DNA of 64,000 bases from Actinomycetota bacterium (GTDB lineage Bacteria; Actinomycetota; Acidimicrobiia; Spongiisociales; UBA11373), in assembly GCA_018821365.1 (NCBI GenBank), contig JAHJML010000138.1, positions 1,744 through 65,743 on the forward strand. The letters run 5' to 3'. Below are positions 38,451 to 48,532 of this stretch, piece by piece. The translations under genes were made by a program, and so were the position numbers. Numbering within the stretch: position 1 is the stretch's first letter; every line of letters starts with the position of its first letter. The notes under the pieces were generated by a model. It had not been told where the DNA came from. It was given only the letters and a program-made list of their open reading frames with translations, and did not search any database.

Positions 38451-39952
38451 CCGGCTCCCCCGTACAGCCCGACCTCCACCTCGGCGCCCTCGGCGAACCC
38501 CTCTGAGCCCGCCGGAACGATGACGAACCCGTCGGCCCTGGTCACCGAGGACAGCACCGACGCCCCCCCGATCGCCAGTGGTTCCACCGCGCCGTCGCGG
38601 ATCAGGACCCGGGCGTAGTCGGTGCGCCCGATCCGGGAGACGAGCCGCTTGGACAACGGCAGCCGCAGTCTGCGATGGGGCCAGGCAGGGCTGCGGCCCC
38701 CCAACACCCGGATGACCGGTCCTGCGAAGAACTCATAGGCGACCAGGCAGGAGACCGGGTTGCCCGGGAGCAGCAGCACCGGCGCCCCCCCGATCCTTCC
38801 GATCCCGGTCGGAGACGACGGCCGCATCGCCACCCCGTGGATCTGCAGTTCACCCAACTCGGCCACCAGCCGCGGGGTGTGATCCTCCTGCCCCACCGAC
38901 ACCGCCCCTGCGGTGACGATCACATCGGCACCGGGGCGCTGCAGTGCCTCCCGCATCGGGCCGGCGCCATCAGGGAGTCGGACGACCTCGGCGACCACGC
39001 CGCCGTCGCGCCCGACGAGCGCCGCCAGCATCGGGGAGTTGCTGTCGACGATCCTGGTCCCGACCGGAGCCGCCCCGGGGGCCAACAACTCGTCGCCCGA
39101 CACGATCACCCGCACCAGGGGGCGGCGGTGGACCGGCACCGTCGCCCGCCCGATGGCGGCCAGCAGGCCGAGGTCCTGGGGCAGCAACATCCGCCCGGCA
39201 CCCAGTACCTCAGTACCGGCGACCACGTCCTCCCCGATCCTCCCCACGTTGCGGCCGGGGGCGACCGGGGCCTTCACCATCACCAGGCCGCCGTCCTCTG
39301 CGGCGTCCTCGGCCCGTAGCACGGCATCGGCGCCCTCCGGCAGCGGGGCCCCGGTCATGATCCGCACCGCGGCGCCCGATGCGACCTCCGGGACCTCGGA
39401 GTCGCCCGGCATCGAGGCCCCGGCCACCGCCAGGGCGATCGGGGCGTAGGGAGTGGCGCCGAATGTGTCATCGGCGACCACCGCGTAGCCGTCCATGGTC
39501 GATCTGCGGAAGGAAGGCAGGTCGACGGTGCTGATGATCGCCCCGCCGCTCACCCGGTTGGCGGCATCCGCCAGGGCCACCTCTTCGGCGGCCAGGGGAG
39601 CCACCCCGGAGAGGGCGGCCGCCAGCGCATCTTCGACCGTCGCCCGCTCCCGGAACCCGATCATCCGCACGTCGTCGTGGCCGCCCCCGGCGATGCTCAC
39701 CAGCACGGTCACCAGGTCGGTGGCGGCCACCGCGGTCGATGCGACATCCTCTCGGTCGATCCGGCGCTCCCCGACGAACACGGCGAGGTGGGGGCGCAGC
39801 ATGCCTCGCTCGTCCACCAGGCGCTCGGTCAGATCGGGGTGGGCGGCGCAGGCCGCCGCGACGACCTCGGCGACGGTCTCCCCCTCCACCACGATCCGAT
39901 CGTGCTCGGCGGCGTAGCGCCGGAGTGCCGAGGGGATGCGGACGGTGACCAC
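38447..39952 (-). CDS. MoaD-like ubiquitin-fold domain (ending in Gly-Gly) fused in-frame to a second MoeA paralogue
   Basis: The first ~90 aa (MVTVRIPSALRRYAAE...LAVFVGERRI...DLVTVLVSIAGG) has MoaD/ThiS length and pattern, with a C-terminal GG. It is followed without a stop by a MoeA domain (RRSTMDGYAV ... AGAVSVGQED ... LLPGNPVSCLV). Confidence 0.7.
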   Translation of the reverse strand: MVTVRIPSALRRYAAEHDRIVVEGETVAEVVAAACAAHPDLTERLVDERGMLRPHLAVFVGERRIDREDVASTAVAATDLVTVLVSIAGGGHDDVRMIGFRERATVEDALAAALSGVAPLAAEEVALADAANRVSGGAIISTVDLPSFRRSTMDGYAVVADDTFGATPYAPIALAVAGASMPGDSEVPEVASGAAVRIMTGAPLPEGADAVLRAEDAAEDGGLVMVKAPVAPGRNVGRIGEDVVAGTEVLGAGRMLLPQDLGLLAAIGRATVPVHRRPLVRVIVSGDELLAPGAAPVGTRIVDSNSPMLAALVGRDGGVVAEVVRLPDGAGPMREALQRPGADVIVTAGAVSVGQEDHTPRLVAELGELQIHGVAMRPSSPTGIGRIGGAPVLLLPGNPVSCLVAYEFFAGPVIRVLGGRSPAWPHRRLRLPLSKRLVSRIGRTDYARVLIRDGAVEPLAIGGASVLSSVTRADGFVIVPAGSEGFAEGAEVEVGLYGGAG

Positions 39953-40032
39953 GAGTCTCTCCCTAGCGGCCGGGGCGGCGATCGATCACCGCGCGCCGGC
40001 CCCGGCTGCCGCAACGACCGTACCCGGCACGA

Positions 40033-41994
40033 TCACACCCCGATCTCATCGGCGATCCACGCCAGCCCCAATCCCTCCAGGGTCTCCCGGGTGGGGCTGC
40101 CGGTGTCGAGGTCCCACCCGGCCATGCGGTGGTACTCGTCGAGGGCCGCCGCCAACTCGGCCTCGTCGATCGACACCCCGTCGCTCATCCCGCCCTGGAG
40201 GGGCTCGTCGAAGAGCCGGCGCGGCAGCGTGTCGCTCTCCCGGGTCAGGCCTTCCCGGGCGTTGAAGGCCCGCAGCATGTTGAGGCGCCGCGCCCCGATC
40301 TCCTGGAGGCCGTCCACAGTGGTCTGGACACCGGTCACCGCCGTCACCACCCCGGCCAACTCCTCCATGCCCATCAGCTCCCAGGCGGGGCCGTACACGA
40401 ACTGACAGACGTTGACGGTGTCCATCGCCGAGTAGGCGTACTGGGTCCGCAGGGCGAACTCCACCTTCTGTCGATTCAGCACCATCGGATCCTGCGGCTC
40501 GGTGAGCCCGAGGCTCGCCATCCGCCTGCCGTACTTGTCGGGGCTGGTTTCGATGGTCTCCGGCTCGTACCCCGGGTCGTGCTCGCTGGATTGGTGGTCG
40601 GCGCCGAAGGGGTTGACCGCATAGACCAGTGCCAGGGACCGTTTCACGTGCGGCATGTGGGCGGGCAGTTCGGTGCCCTTCACCGTCATCGCGTAGGCGC
40701 CGGCGCCGTTGCCGATGGATGCCGCCGCCCGGGCCGATCCTTCGGCGAGCACGTCCCCAAAGCCCTCTCGCTCCAGGGTGGCCTCCAGCATCCGGATCAT
40801 GGCCGGGGCGTCACCCCAGGCCAGCTCGATCCCCCCGGTGTCCTTCGCCGTGATCACACCGCGCTCGAAGCACTCGATGGCAAAGGCCATCGTTGCGCCG
40901 GCGGCGATGGTGTCCACTCCGTACTCGTTGCAGAGTTGGTTGGCGTAGGAGACGGCGCCCAGGTCGTCGATGTCGCAATACGATCCGAACACCGAGGTCG
41001 TCTCGTACTCGGGGCCGCCCGACGCCGGGTCGATCGGGCGCCCCTCCCACTCGGATTCGACCACCCGCTTGCAGCGGATGGCGCACGAGAAGCAGGTGTC
41101 CCGGCCGGTCTTCATCTGGGTGCCCTCGGCGGCCCCCCGCAGGAACTCGTCGAACAATCGGGGGCCCGAGATGGCGGCAGCCCGCGCCTCGGGCATGGCG
41201 CCGCTGGTCCAGTTCCGGGTGGGGAGACCCCCGACGGCGCTCTGACTCTCCAGGATGTCGATGGTCCCGTACTGGGCGAGGCCGACGATGTCCTCGTCCT
41301 CCCTGACCCCGACCAGCGAGGCCTGCATGATGGCGCGGAGGCCCTCGGGATCGGCCAGGTCGAGCTTCTTCTTGCCGCCCCGCACCACAATCGCCTTGAG
41401 GTTCTTGCTCCCCATCACGGCGCCCATCCCGGTGCGGCCGTGGGCCCGGTTCGCCATGTTCATGATGGCGGCGAAGCGCACCTGCTTCTCACCGGCCGGC
41501 CCGATCTGGGCGATCTGGACCCGGGTGTCGTCGAGTTCCTCCTGCAGCATCCGGTCGACCCGGCGGGTGCGCTTGCCCCACAGATGGGCGGCCAGTCGCA
41601 GCTCGGCCTCCCCTTGATGGATCCACAGGTAGACCGGCTCCGGCGAGGCGCCCCGGATCACGACGGCGTCGAACCCGGCGAACTTGAGCTCGGCGGGCCA
41701 GAACCCGCCCGCCTGGCTGTCGCCGGCCCCACCGGTGAGCGGCGACTTGGCAACGGCGGTGCAGCGGCTCTGTCCGGCGATGGCGGCCCCGGTCACGCCC
41801 GACAGCGCCAGGGTCAGGGTGTTCTCCGGTCCCAGCGGGTCCGCCCCCGCCGGGGTGTGCTTGAACAGGTAGTAGAGGCCCAGCGCACTCCCTCCCACGT
41901 AGGTGCGGTAGAACTCCTCCGAGGGCTCTTCCACGGCGATCTGGTGGGTGGTCAAATCGACGTGGAGTATCTTGCCGGCGTATCCGTAGAGCAT
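40033..41994 (-). CDS. tungsten/molybdenum-containing aldehyde:ferredoxin oxidoreductase (AOR)
   Basis: Start at MLYGYAGKILHVDLTT (AOR N-terminal consensus); an alternative upstream ATG lies at 42024. It has KSPLTGGAGDSQAGGFW, the [4Fe-4S] C-x2-C-x3-C motif (CFSCAIRC) and the pterin-binding CNEYGVDTIAAG, and is canonical in length. Confidence 0.9.
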   Translation of the reverse strand: MLYGYAGKILHVDLTTHQIAVEEPSEEFYRTYVGGSALGLYYLFKHTPAGADPLGPENTLTLALSGVTGAAIAGQSRCTAVAKSPLTGGAGDSQAGGFWPAELKFAGFDAVVIRGASPEPVYLWIHQGEAELRLAAHLWGKRTRRVDRMLQEELDDTRVQIAQIGPAGEKQVRFAAIMNMANRAHGRTGMGAVMGSKNLKAIVVRGGKKKLDLADPEGLRAIMQASLVGVREDEDIVGLAQYGTIDILESQSAVGGLPTRNWTSGAMPEARAAAISGPRLFDEFLRGAAEGTQMKTGRDTCFSCAIRCKRVVESEWEGRPIDPASGGPEYETTSVFGSYCDIDDLGAVSYANQLCNEYGVDTIAAGATMAFAIECFERGVITAKDTGGIELAWGDAPAMIRMLEATLEREGFGDVLAEGSARAAASIGNGAGAYAMTVKGTELPAHMPHVKRSLALVYAVNPFGADHQSSEHDPGYEPETIETSPDKYGRRMASLGLTEPQDPMVLNRQKVEFALRTQYAYSAMDTVNVCQFVYGPAWELMGMEELAGVVTAVTGVQTTVDGLQEIGARRLNMLRAFNAREGLTRESDTLPRRLFDEPLQGGMSDGVSIDEAELAAALDEYHRMAGWDLDTGSPTRETLEGLGLAWIADEIGV

Positions 41995-42102
41995 GCCCAA
42001 CCCCCGTTGCCTATTGCCCCGCATCCTATCGGCCGGGCCGGCGACCGCTCCCCTCCGGCGGGTTCGGTTTGGAAAGGACTTCGCCTCCGAGCCAACGAAT
42101 CG

Positions 42103-42948
42103 TCAGCCGACGGCGATCAGGCCGAGGCCGATCCCCGCCAGTGCCAGACCCCCGAGTTGGATGCGGTTGAGCCGCTCGTCGAGCACCATCCTGGCCAGGA
42201 CCACCGTGCCGGCCGGGTAGAGGGATGAGACCAACAGCACCAGCGACACCAGGCCCGGTTCGTGGAGGGCGGCCAGCAGGAGGATGTTGGCGACCATGTC
42301 GGCGGCCCCCACCGTCAGGGCGACCCCGAGGACCGGGCCGGACACCAGCAGTCGGTGGCCCCTGACCAGCGCCACCGCACCGATGACCGGCAACGAGGCC
42401 ATCCGGGCCCCCACCAGCGGCCAGATGCCCGAGGCATCGCCGGTCCGAGAGATCAGGATGCCGAACAACCCGAACAGCACGCCGGCCAGGCTGCCGAGCA
42501 CCACCGCTCGCCGTACCGTCCCGGGAGCGTCCTCGTCGCCGTCTCCCGCCATACCGATCAACAGGATCGCCGGCAGCGCCATCGCCACCCCGACCCAGGC
42601 CAGAGTCGCCGGCCGCTCGCCGATCGCCACGCCGAACACCACCGGCAATGCGGCCCCGAGCAGGGCGGCGGCGGGAGCCGACACCGAGAACCGGGTGGTC
42701 GCCATGGCGTGGTACAGGATCACCAATCCCCCGCCTCCGGTGGCCCCGGCGGCCGCTCCCCATAGGAAGTCCGGGATCCCAGGCCCCCCCTGCCCCCACC
42801 ACGGGGCAACCGCCAGCACCACCGCCAACCCGGCGAGGTGGGCGGTGACGACGACCGAGACCGCCGGGGCCCGGCGGGAGGCGAGGCCGCCGACGAAATC
42901 GGCTCCGCCGAAGGCGAGAGCCGAGAGAGAGGCGAGGAACAGGGCCAT
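42103..42948 (-). CDS. EamA/DMT superfamily transporter
   Basis: 281 aa with 10 predicted TM helices and two EamA-like repeats. Confidence 0.75.
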   Translation of the reverse strand: MALFLASLSALAFGGADFVGGLASRRAPAVSVVVTAHLAGLAVVLAVAPWWGQGGPGIPDFLWGAAAGATGGGGLVILYHAMATTRFSVSAPAAALLGAALPVVFGVAIGERPATLAWVGVAMALPAILLIGMAGDGDEDAPGTVRRAVVLGSLAGVLFGLFGILISRTGDASGIWPLVGARMASLPVIGAVALVRGHRLLVSGPVLGVALTVGAADMVANILLLAALHEPGLVSLVLLVSSLYPAGTVVLARMVLDERLNRIQLGGLALAGIGLGLIAVG

Positions 42949-42978
42949 GTGAGCGATCAGGGTACGCCGGGGCCGGCT

Positions 42979-44571
<1,593 letters not shown>

Positions 44572-44634
44572 CAGTACAGTGATCCAGGCGCACATGGTAC
44601 CCGGGGAACTCGGGGGTCCCCGAGCGACGTCTGA

Positions 44635-47109
44635 ATGAAGTCCATGGACATCTCCATCCACGAGGTCGAGAGGCTGGAGCGAAGCGGTCGCCGGTTCATG
44701 GCCGCCGCCATCCTCGCCGCGCTCACGATGATCGCAGCCACCTGGTGGGGCCTGATGACCTTCCTCGGCAGCGCCAGCGCCTGGGGCACCGTCGAAGGCG
44801 TTCGCAGCGAGTGGATCCCCGATGTCGAGTCGTTGGTGCTCGACCTGCCCGACATCAGCAGCCTGTCCGAGGTGTACACCGCCGACGGCGTGCTGCTCGG
44901 CAAGCTCAACGAGCGCAACAGCCAGCCGCTGCCCCTCGACGAGATCCCCAACCTGGTGATCGGAGCGGTCCTCTCCGCCGAGGACGGCGACTTCATGGAC
45001 CACAACGGCATCGACTACCGCGGCGTCGCCAGGGCCTTCATCGAGAACGTCGGGGGCGGGGCCCGCCAGGGTGGGTCGACCATCACCCAGCAGATCGTCA
45101 AGGCCAACTTCATCGGCACCGAGGCGACCCTCAAGCGCAAGGTCTCCGAGGCCGCCATCGCCATCGAGTTGGAGCGGCGCTTCACCAAGGAGCAACTGCT
45201 GGAGTTCTATCTCAACTCGGTCTTCTTCGGCAACAACGCCTACGGGGTCAAGGCGGCCGCCGAGGTCTACTTCGGAAAGGACCTCGCGGACCTCACGATC
45301 GCCGAAGCGGCCGCCCTCCCGGTGCCGATTCGCAACCCTTCCCTCTACGACCTCCGAAGAGGTGACGAGATCACCGTCAAGGCCCGCGACGCCGTCATCG
45401 ACGAGATGGTCGATGAGGGCTACATCACCGAGGCCGAGGGGGAAGCGGCCAAGGCGACCTCCATCGTGGTGGCACCCCCTGCGGAGACTCCCGATCCCGC
45501 CCCCCAGGTGCTCATCGCGGCCAAGGACGCCATCCTCAACGATCCCCTATACGGGCTGGGGGCCACCTACCTACAGCGGAAGCGAGCGGTGTTCGGGTGC
45601 CCCGCCTACGACACCGAGTGTGAGGGGGGCGGCGGCCTCAAGATCTTCGTGACCGTCGACCTCGGCCTCCAGCAGCAGGCGCTCGACATCCTCCAGACGT
45701 GGCTCCCCGCCGGAGCCAACGGGCCGACCGGCGCCATCGCCATGGTCGACAACGCCACCGGCGCCACGTTGGTGATGGCGACCGGCCTCGAATTCGGCAC
45801 CGACATCGAGGCCGGCCAACGCCAGTACGACCTCGCTACCAAGGGCAGACGCAACGCCGGGTCGAGTTTCAAGCCGTTCGGCTTGATCGCCGCCCTGGAG
45901 CAGGGCATCCCCCTCAACTCGTTCTGGGACATGACGACCCCTCAGTTCCTCGACTTCGGCGGCGTCGGACCGTGGGAGTGCAACAACGCCGGCACCAACT
46001 CGCCCCAGATCCGCAGCCTGGAGGACGCCCTCATCTACTCCACCAACACCGTCTTCTGCCAGGTGTCGGTGACCGTCGGCGGCGGCGCCATCCGTGAGAC
46101 CGCCCAGCGCATGGGGATCAAATCGCCGCTTGGTGACTTCCCCTCCATCGTGCTCGGCGCCTACGAGGTCAGCCCCCTCGAGATGGCGGCAGCCTTCTCG
46201 ACGATCGCCAACCAGGGGATCCGGGTCGAGAACTACCTGATCGAACGGATCGAAGATGCCGACGGGAACGTCGTCTACCAGCACCAGGTGGACGAGCGCC
46301 GGGTGATCGAGGCGGCCATCGCCGCAGCCACCACCAACACGATGGAGTTGGCCGTGTCGCGGGGGACCGGCGGCCGGGCGGTGCTGAACCCGACCCGCCC
46401 CCAGGCAGGCAAGACCGGCACCCACGAGCACTACACCGATGCCTGGTTCGTGGGGTTCATCCCCCAGTACACGACCTCGATCTGGGTGGGATTCCCCGAC
46501 AGCCAGGTGGAGATGCGCAACATCACCGTCAACGGCGTGTTCATCCCCACCGCCTTCGGCGGCAGCGTGGCGGCCCCGATCTGGCGCGAGTTCATGCAGA
46601 TCGTCACCCGCGACCTGCCGATCCAGGACTTTGCGCCCGATCCCGACGGGATCGGGGTCTACTACCAGACTCCCCGCGTTCGGATCCCCGATGTCATCGG
46701 GATGGACATCGAGGACGCCGAGGAGGAGTTGCTCCAGGCGGGCTTCGAGGTGACCATCACCGTCGTCAATTCCGAAGAGGACGAGGACACCGTGGTGGCC
46801 ACCGACCCCCCCGAGGGCGAACTGACCCGTCAGGGCACCACCGTCGAGGTCGAGGTCTCGAGCGGAATCCCACCCGAGACGATTCTCCCCGACCTGATCG
46901 GCCAGTCCCGGAGTGTGGCCGTCGCGGCCCTCACCAGACTGCGGGCCGAGACCGAGATCCAGTTCAGTTGGAACCTGGTCTTCGTCGAGACGACCGAGCG
47001 TACGTTGAACAACACGGTCGCCTCCACCACTCCCGGGCCCGGGGCCACGATCACAGAGGAGAGCGTCATCACCCTCCGGATCCACCAATTCAACCGCGAC
47101 GGCGGATAA
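44635..47109 (+). CDS. class A penicillin-binding protein (glycosyltransferase plus transpeptidase) with C-terminal PASTA domains
   Basis: 824 aa. It has a TM anchor, GT51 motifs ([25 protein letters not shown]), transpeptidase SxxK (SSFKP), SxN and KTGT, then two PASTA-like repeats. Confidence 0.9.
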   Translation: MKSMDISIHEVERLERSGRRFMAAAILAALTMIAATWWGLMTFLGSASAWGTVEGVRSEWIPDVESLVLDLPDISSLSEVYTADGVLLGKLNERNSQPLPLDEIPNLVIGAVLSAEDGDFMDHNGIDYRGVARAFIENVGGGARQGGSTITQQIVKANFIGTEATLKRKVSEAAIAIELERRFTKEQLLEFYLNSVFFGNNAYGVKAAAEVYFGKDLADLTIAEAAALPVPIRNPSLYDLRRGDEITVKARDAVIDEMVDEGYITEAEGEAAKATSIVVAPPAETPDPAPQVLIAAKDAILNDPLYGLGATYLQRKRAVFGCPAYDTECEGGGGLKIFVTVDLGLQQQALDILQTWLPAGANGPTGAIAMVDNATGATLVMATGLEFGTDIEAGQRQYDLATKGRRNAGSSFKPFGLIAALEQGIPLNSFWDMTTPQFLDFGGVGPWECNNAGTNSPQIRSLEDALIYSTNTVFCQVSVTVGGGAIRETAQRMGIKSPLGDFPSIVLGAYEVSPLEMAAAFSTIANQGIRVENYLIERIEDADGNVVYQHQVDERRVIEAAIAAATTNTMELAVSRGTGGRAVLNPTRPQAGKTGTHEHYTDAWFVGFIPQYTTSIWVGFPDSQVEMRNITVNGVFIPTAFGGSVAAPIWREFMQIVTRDLPIQDFAPDPDGIGVYYQTPRVRIPDVIGMDIEDAEEELLQAGFEVTITVVNSEEDEDTVVATDPPEGELTRQGTTVEVEVSSGIPPETILPDLIGQSRSVAVAALTRLRAETEIQFSWNLVFVETTERTLNNTVASTTPGPGATITEESVITLRIHQFNRDGG

Positions 47110-47213
47110 GCGCCCGAGGGGCATCACCAGCAGGTTCCGGGGACCCGGTCAGTCCTATGTTTCGCGACCAGCCCTGCACTCTATTGCATGTACCTGCTGT
47201 TACTTGATATCTA

Positions 47214-47648
47214 TTGGCCATGATCTCCTCAGCGCCCGGGACCCTCCGTCGAGATGCCCGTCCTCCCATGTCGACGGATGCCGCGCCGGTCCCGGGTGCC
47301 GAGGGGACCAACGTCAGGGTCACGGCGCTCCCCCGGCCCTGGATCCGCCCCCGCCTGATCCACACCGGCCGGGCGGGGCACGCCCCCGATGATCCGCTGG
47401 TGCGGCGCTTCTGGGTGGCCCTCATCGGCCCCGGCGCACTCGCCGACCTCCTCCGCCTGACGGCCGCCGCCCACCACCACCGGACGATCCGACGGCCGGT
47501 TCACCTTCCGGTTCTGCTGCGGGAGGGACTCATCGAACGGGAGGGCGACGACATCCTGGTCCATCCCCGGGTGCCCACCCTGCTCCCCTGCCACCTGCGC
47601 CGCCTCCGCCCCAGCCTGCGAGCCGAGTACCTCGACCTGATGGGCTGA
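47214..47648 (+). CDS. hypothetical protein (weak call)
   Basis: 144 aa ORF directly after an unusually AT-rich stretch. The C-terminal half is protein-like (LVRRFWVALIGPGALADLLRL...) and the N-terminus is low-complexity. No family recognised. Confidence 0.3.
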   Translation: MAMISSAPGTLRRDARPPMSTDAAPVPGAEGTNVRVTALPRPWIRPRLIHTGRAGHAPDDPLVRRFWVALIGPGALADLLRLTAAAHHHRTIRRPVHLPVLLREGLIEREGDDILVHPRVPTLLPCHLRRLRPSLRAEYLDLMG

Positions 47649-47684
47649 GGGCGGCAGCACCGTCGGCACCTCTACCATCGGAGG

Positions 47685-48482
47685 GTGGACGGCATCTCCT
47701 TCGATCCGGGCGGCCGCGAGGAGGGCGTGGCGGCCGCTGCCCGCCTCCTCGCTCACAAGGAGCGCATCCTCGTGTTCACCGGGGCCGGCATCTCGACGGA
47801 GTCGGGCATTCCCGATTTCCGGGGGCCGGACGGGGTGTGGACCCGGGTCGATCCGGCCGAGTTCACCTACAGCCGCTTCCTGGCGAACCCCGACACCCGC
47901 CGCCGCTCGTGGCAGATGCGCAAGGAGTCGGGGATCCTCGAAGCCGAGCCGAACCGGGCCCATCGCGCCCTGGTCACACTCTGGGAGATCGGCCGCATGC
48001 TCGCCGTCGTCACCCAGAACATCGACGGCCTCCACCAGAAGGCGGGCCTGCCCGCCCGGGTCGTGGTCGAGTTGCACGGCAATGCCCACCAGGCGGTGTG
48101 CGTGGCCTGCCGGGCCAAGGTCCCCACCGGCGAGGTGCTCGACCGGGTCGCCGCCGGTGAGGACGATCCGGATTGCACGGCGTGCGGCGGCATCCTCAAG
48201 CCCGATGTCGTCCTGTTCGAGGAAGCCATGCCCATCCTCGAGACCGATCGGGCGATGCACCTGGCCTATGAAGCAGACGCCGTCATCAGCATCGGCTCCA
48301 CCCTCGGCGTTTTTCCGGCCGCCTTCGTGCCGATCCGGGCGATCGAGACGGGGGCGTCCTTCGTGATCGTCAACATGGGGCCCACCGAATTGGACGACCT
48401 GGCCGACGTGCTCATCGCCGGGCCTGCCGGCGAGGTCGTCCCCGATCTGGTCGCCGCCCTCACGAGGAGTACCCCTCGATAG
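47685..48482 (+). CDS. NAD-dependent protein deacylase, Sir2/CobB family
   Basis: 265 aa with GAGISTESGIPDFRG, QNIDGLH, the zinc module CxxC...CxxC (CVAC...CTACGG) and the catalytic His (ELHGNAH). Confidence 0.9.
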   Translation: MDGISFDPGGREEGVAAAARLLAHKERILVFTGAGISTESGIPDFRGPDGVWTRVDPAEFTYSRFLANPDTRRRSWQMRKESGILEAEPNRAHRALVTLWEIGRMLAVVTQNIDGLHQKAGLPARVVVELHGNAHQAVCVACRAKVPTGEVLDRVAAGEDDPDCTACGGILKPDVVLFEEAMPILETDRAMHLAYEADAVISIGSTLGVFPAAFVPIRAIETGASFVIVNMGPTELDDLADVLIAGPAGEVVPDLVAALTRSTPR

Positions 48483-48532
48483 GTTGACGGAAAGTAGTCA
48501 AGTCCACCACTCTACGCGTCGATGCGGAGAGT

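Noticed and set aside
40129-42228. 699 aa plus-strand ORF
   Set aside because: Antisense to the canonical AOR gene. Pro/Gly/Arg-rich.
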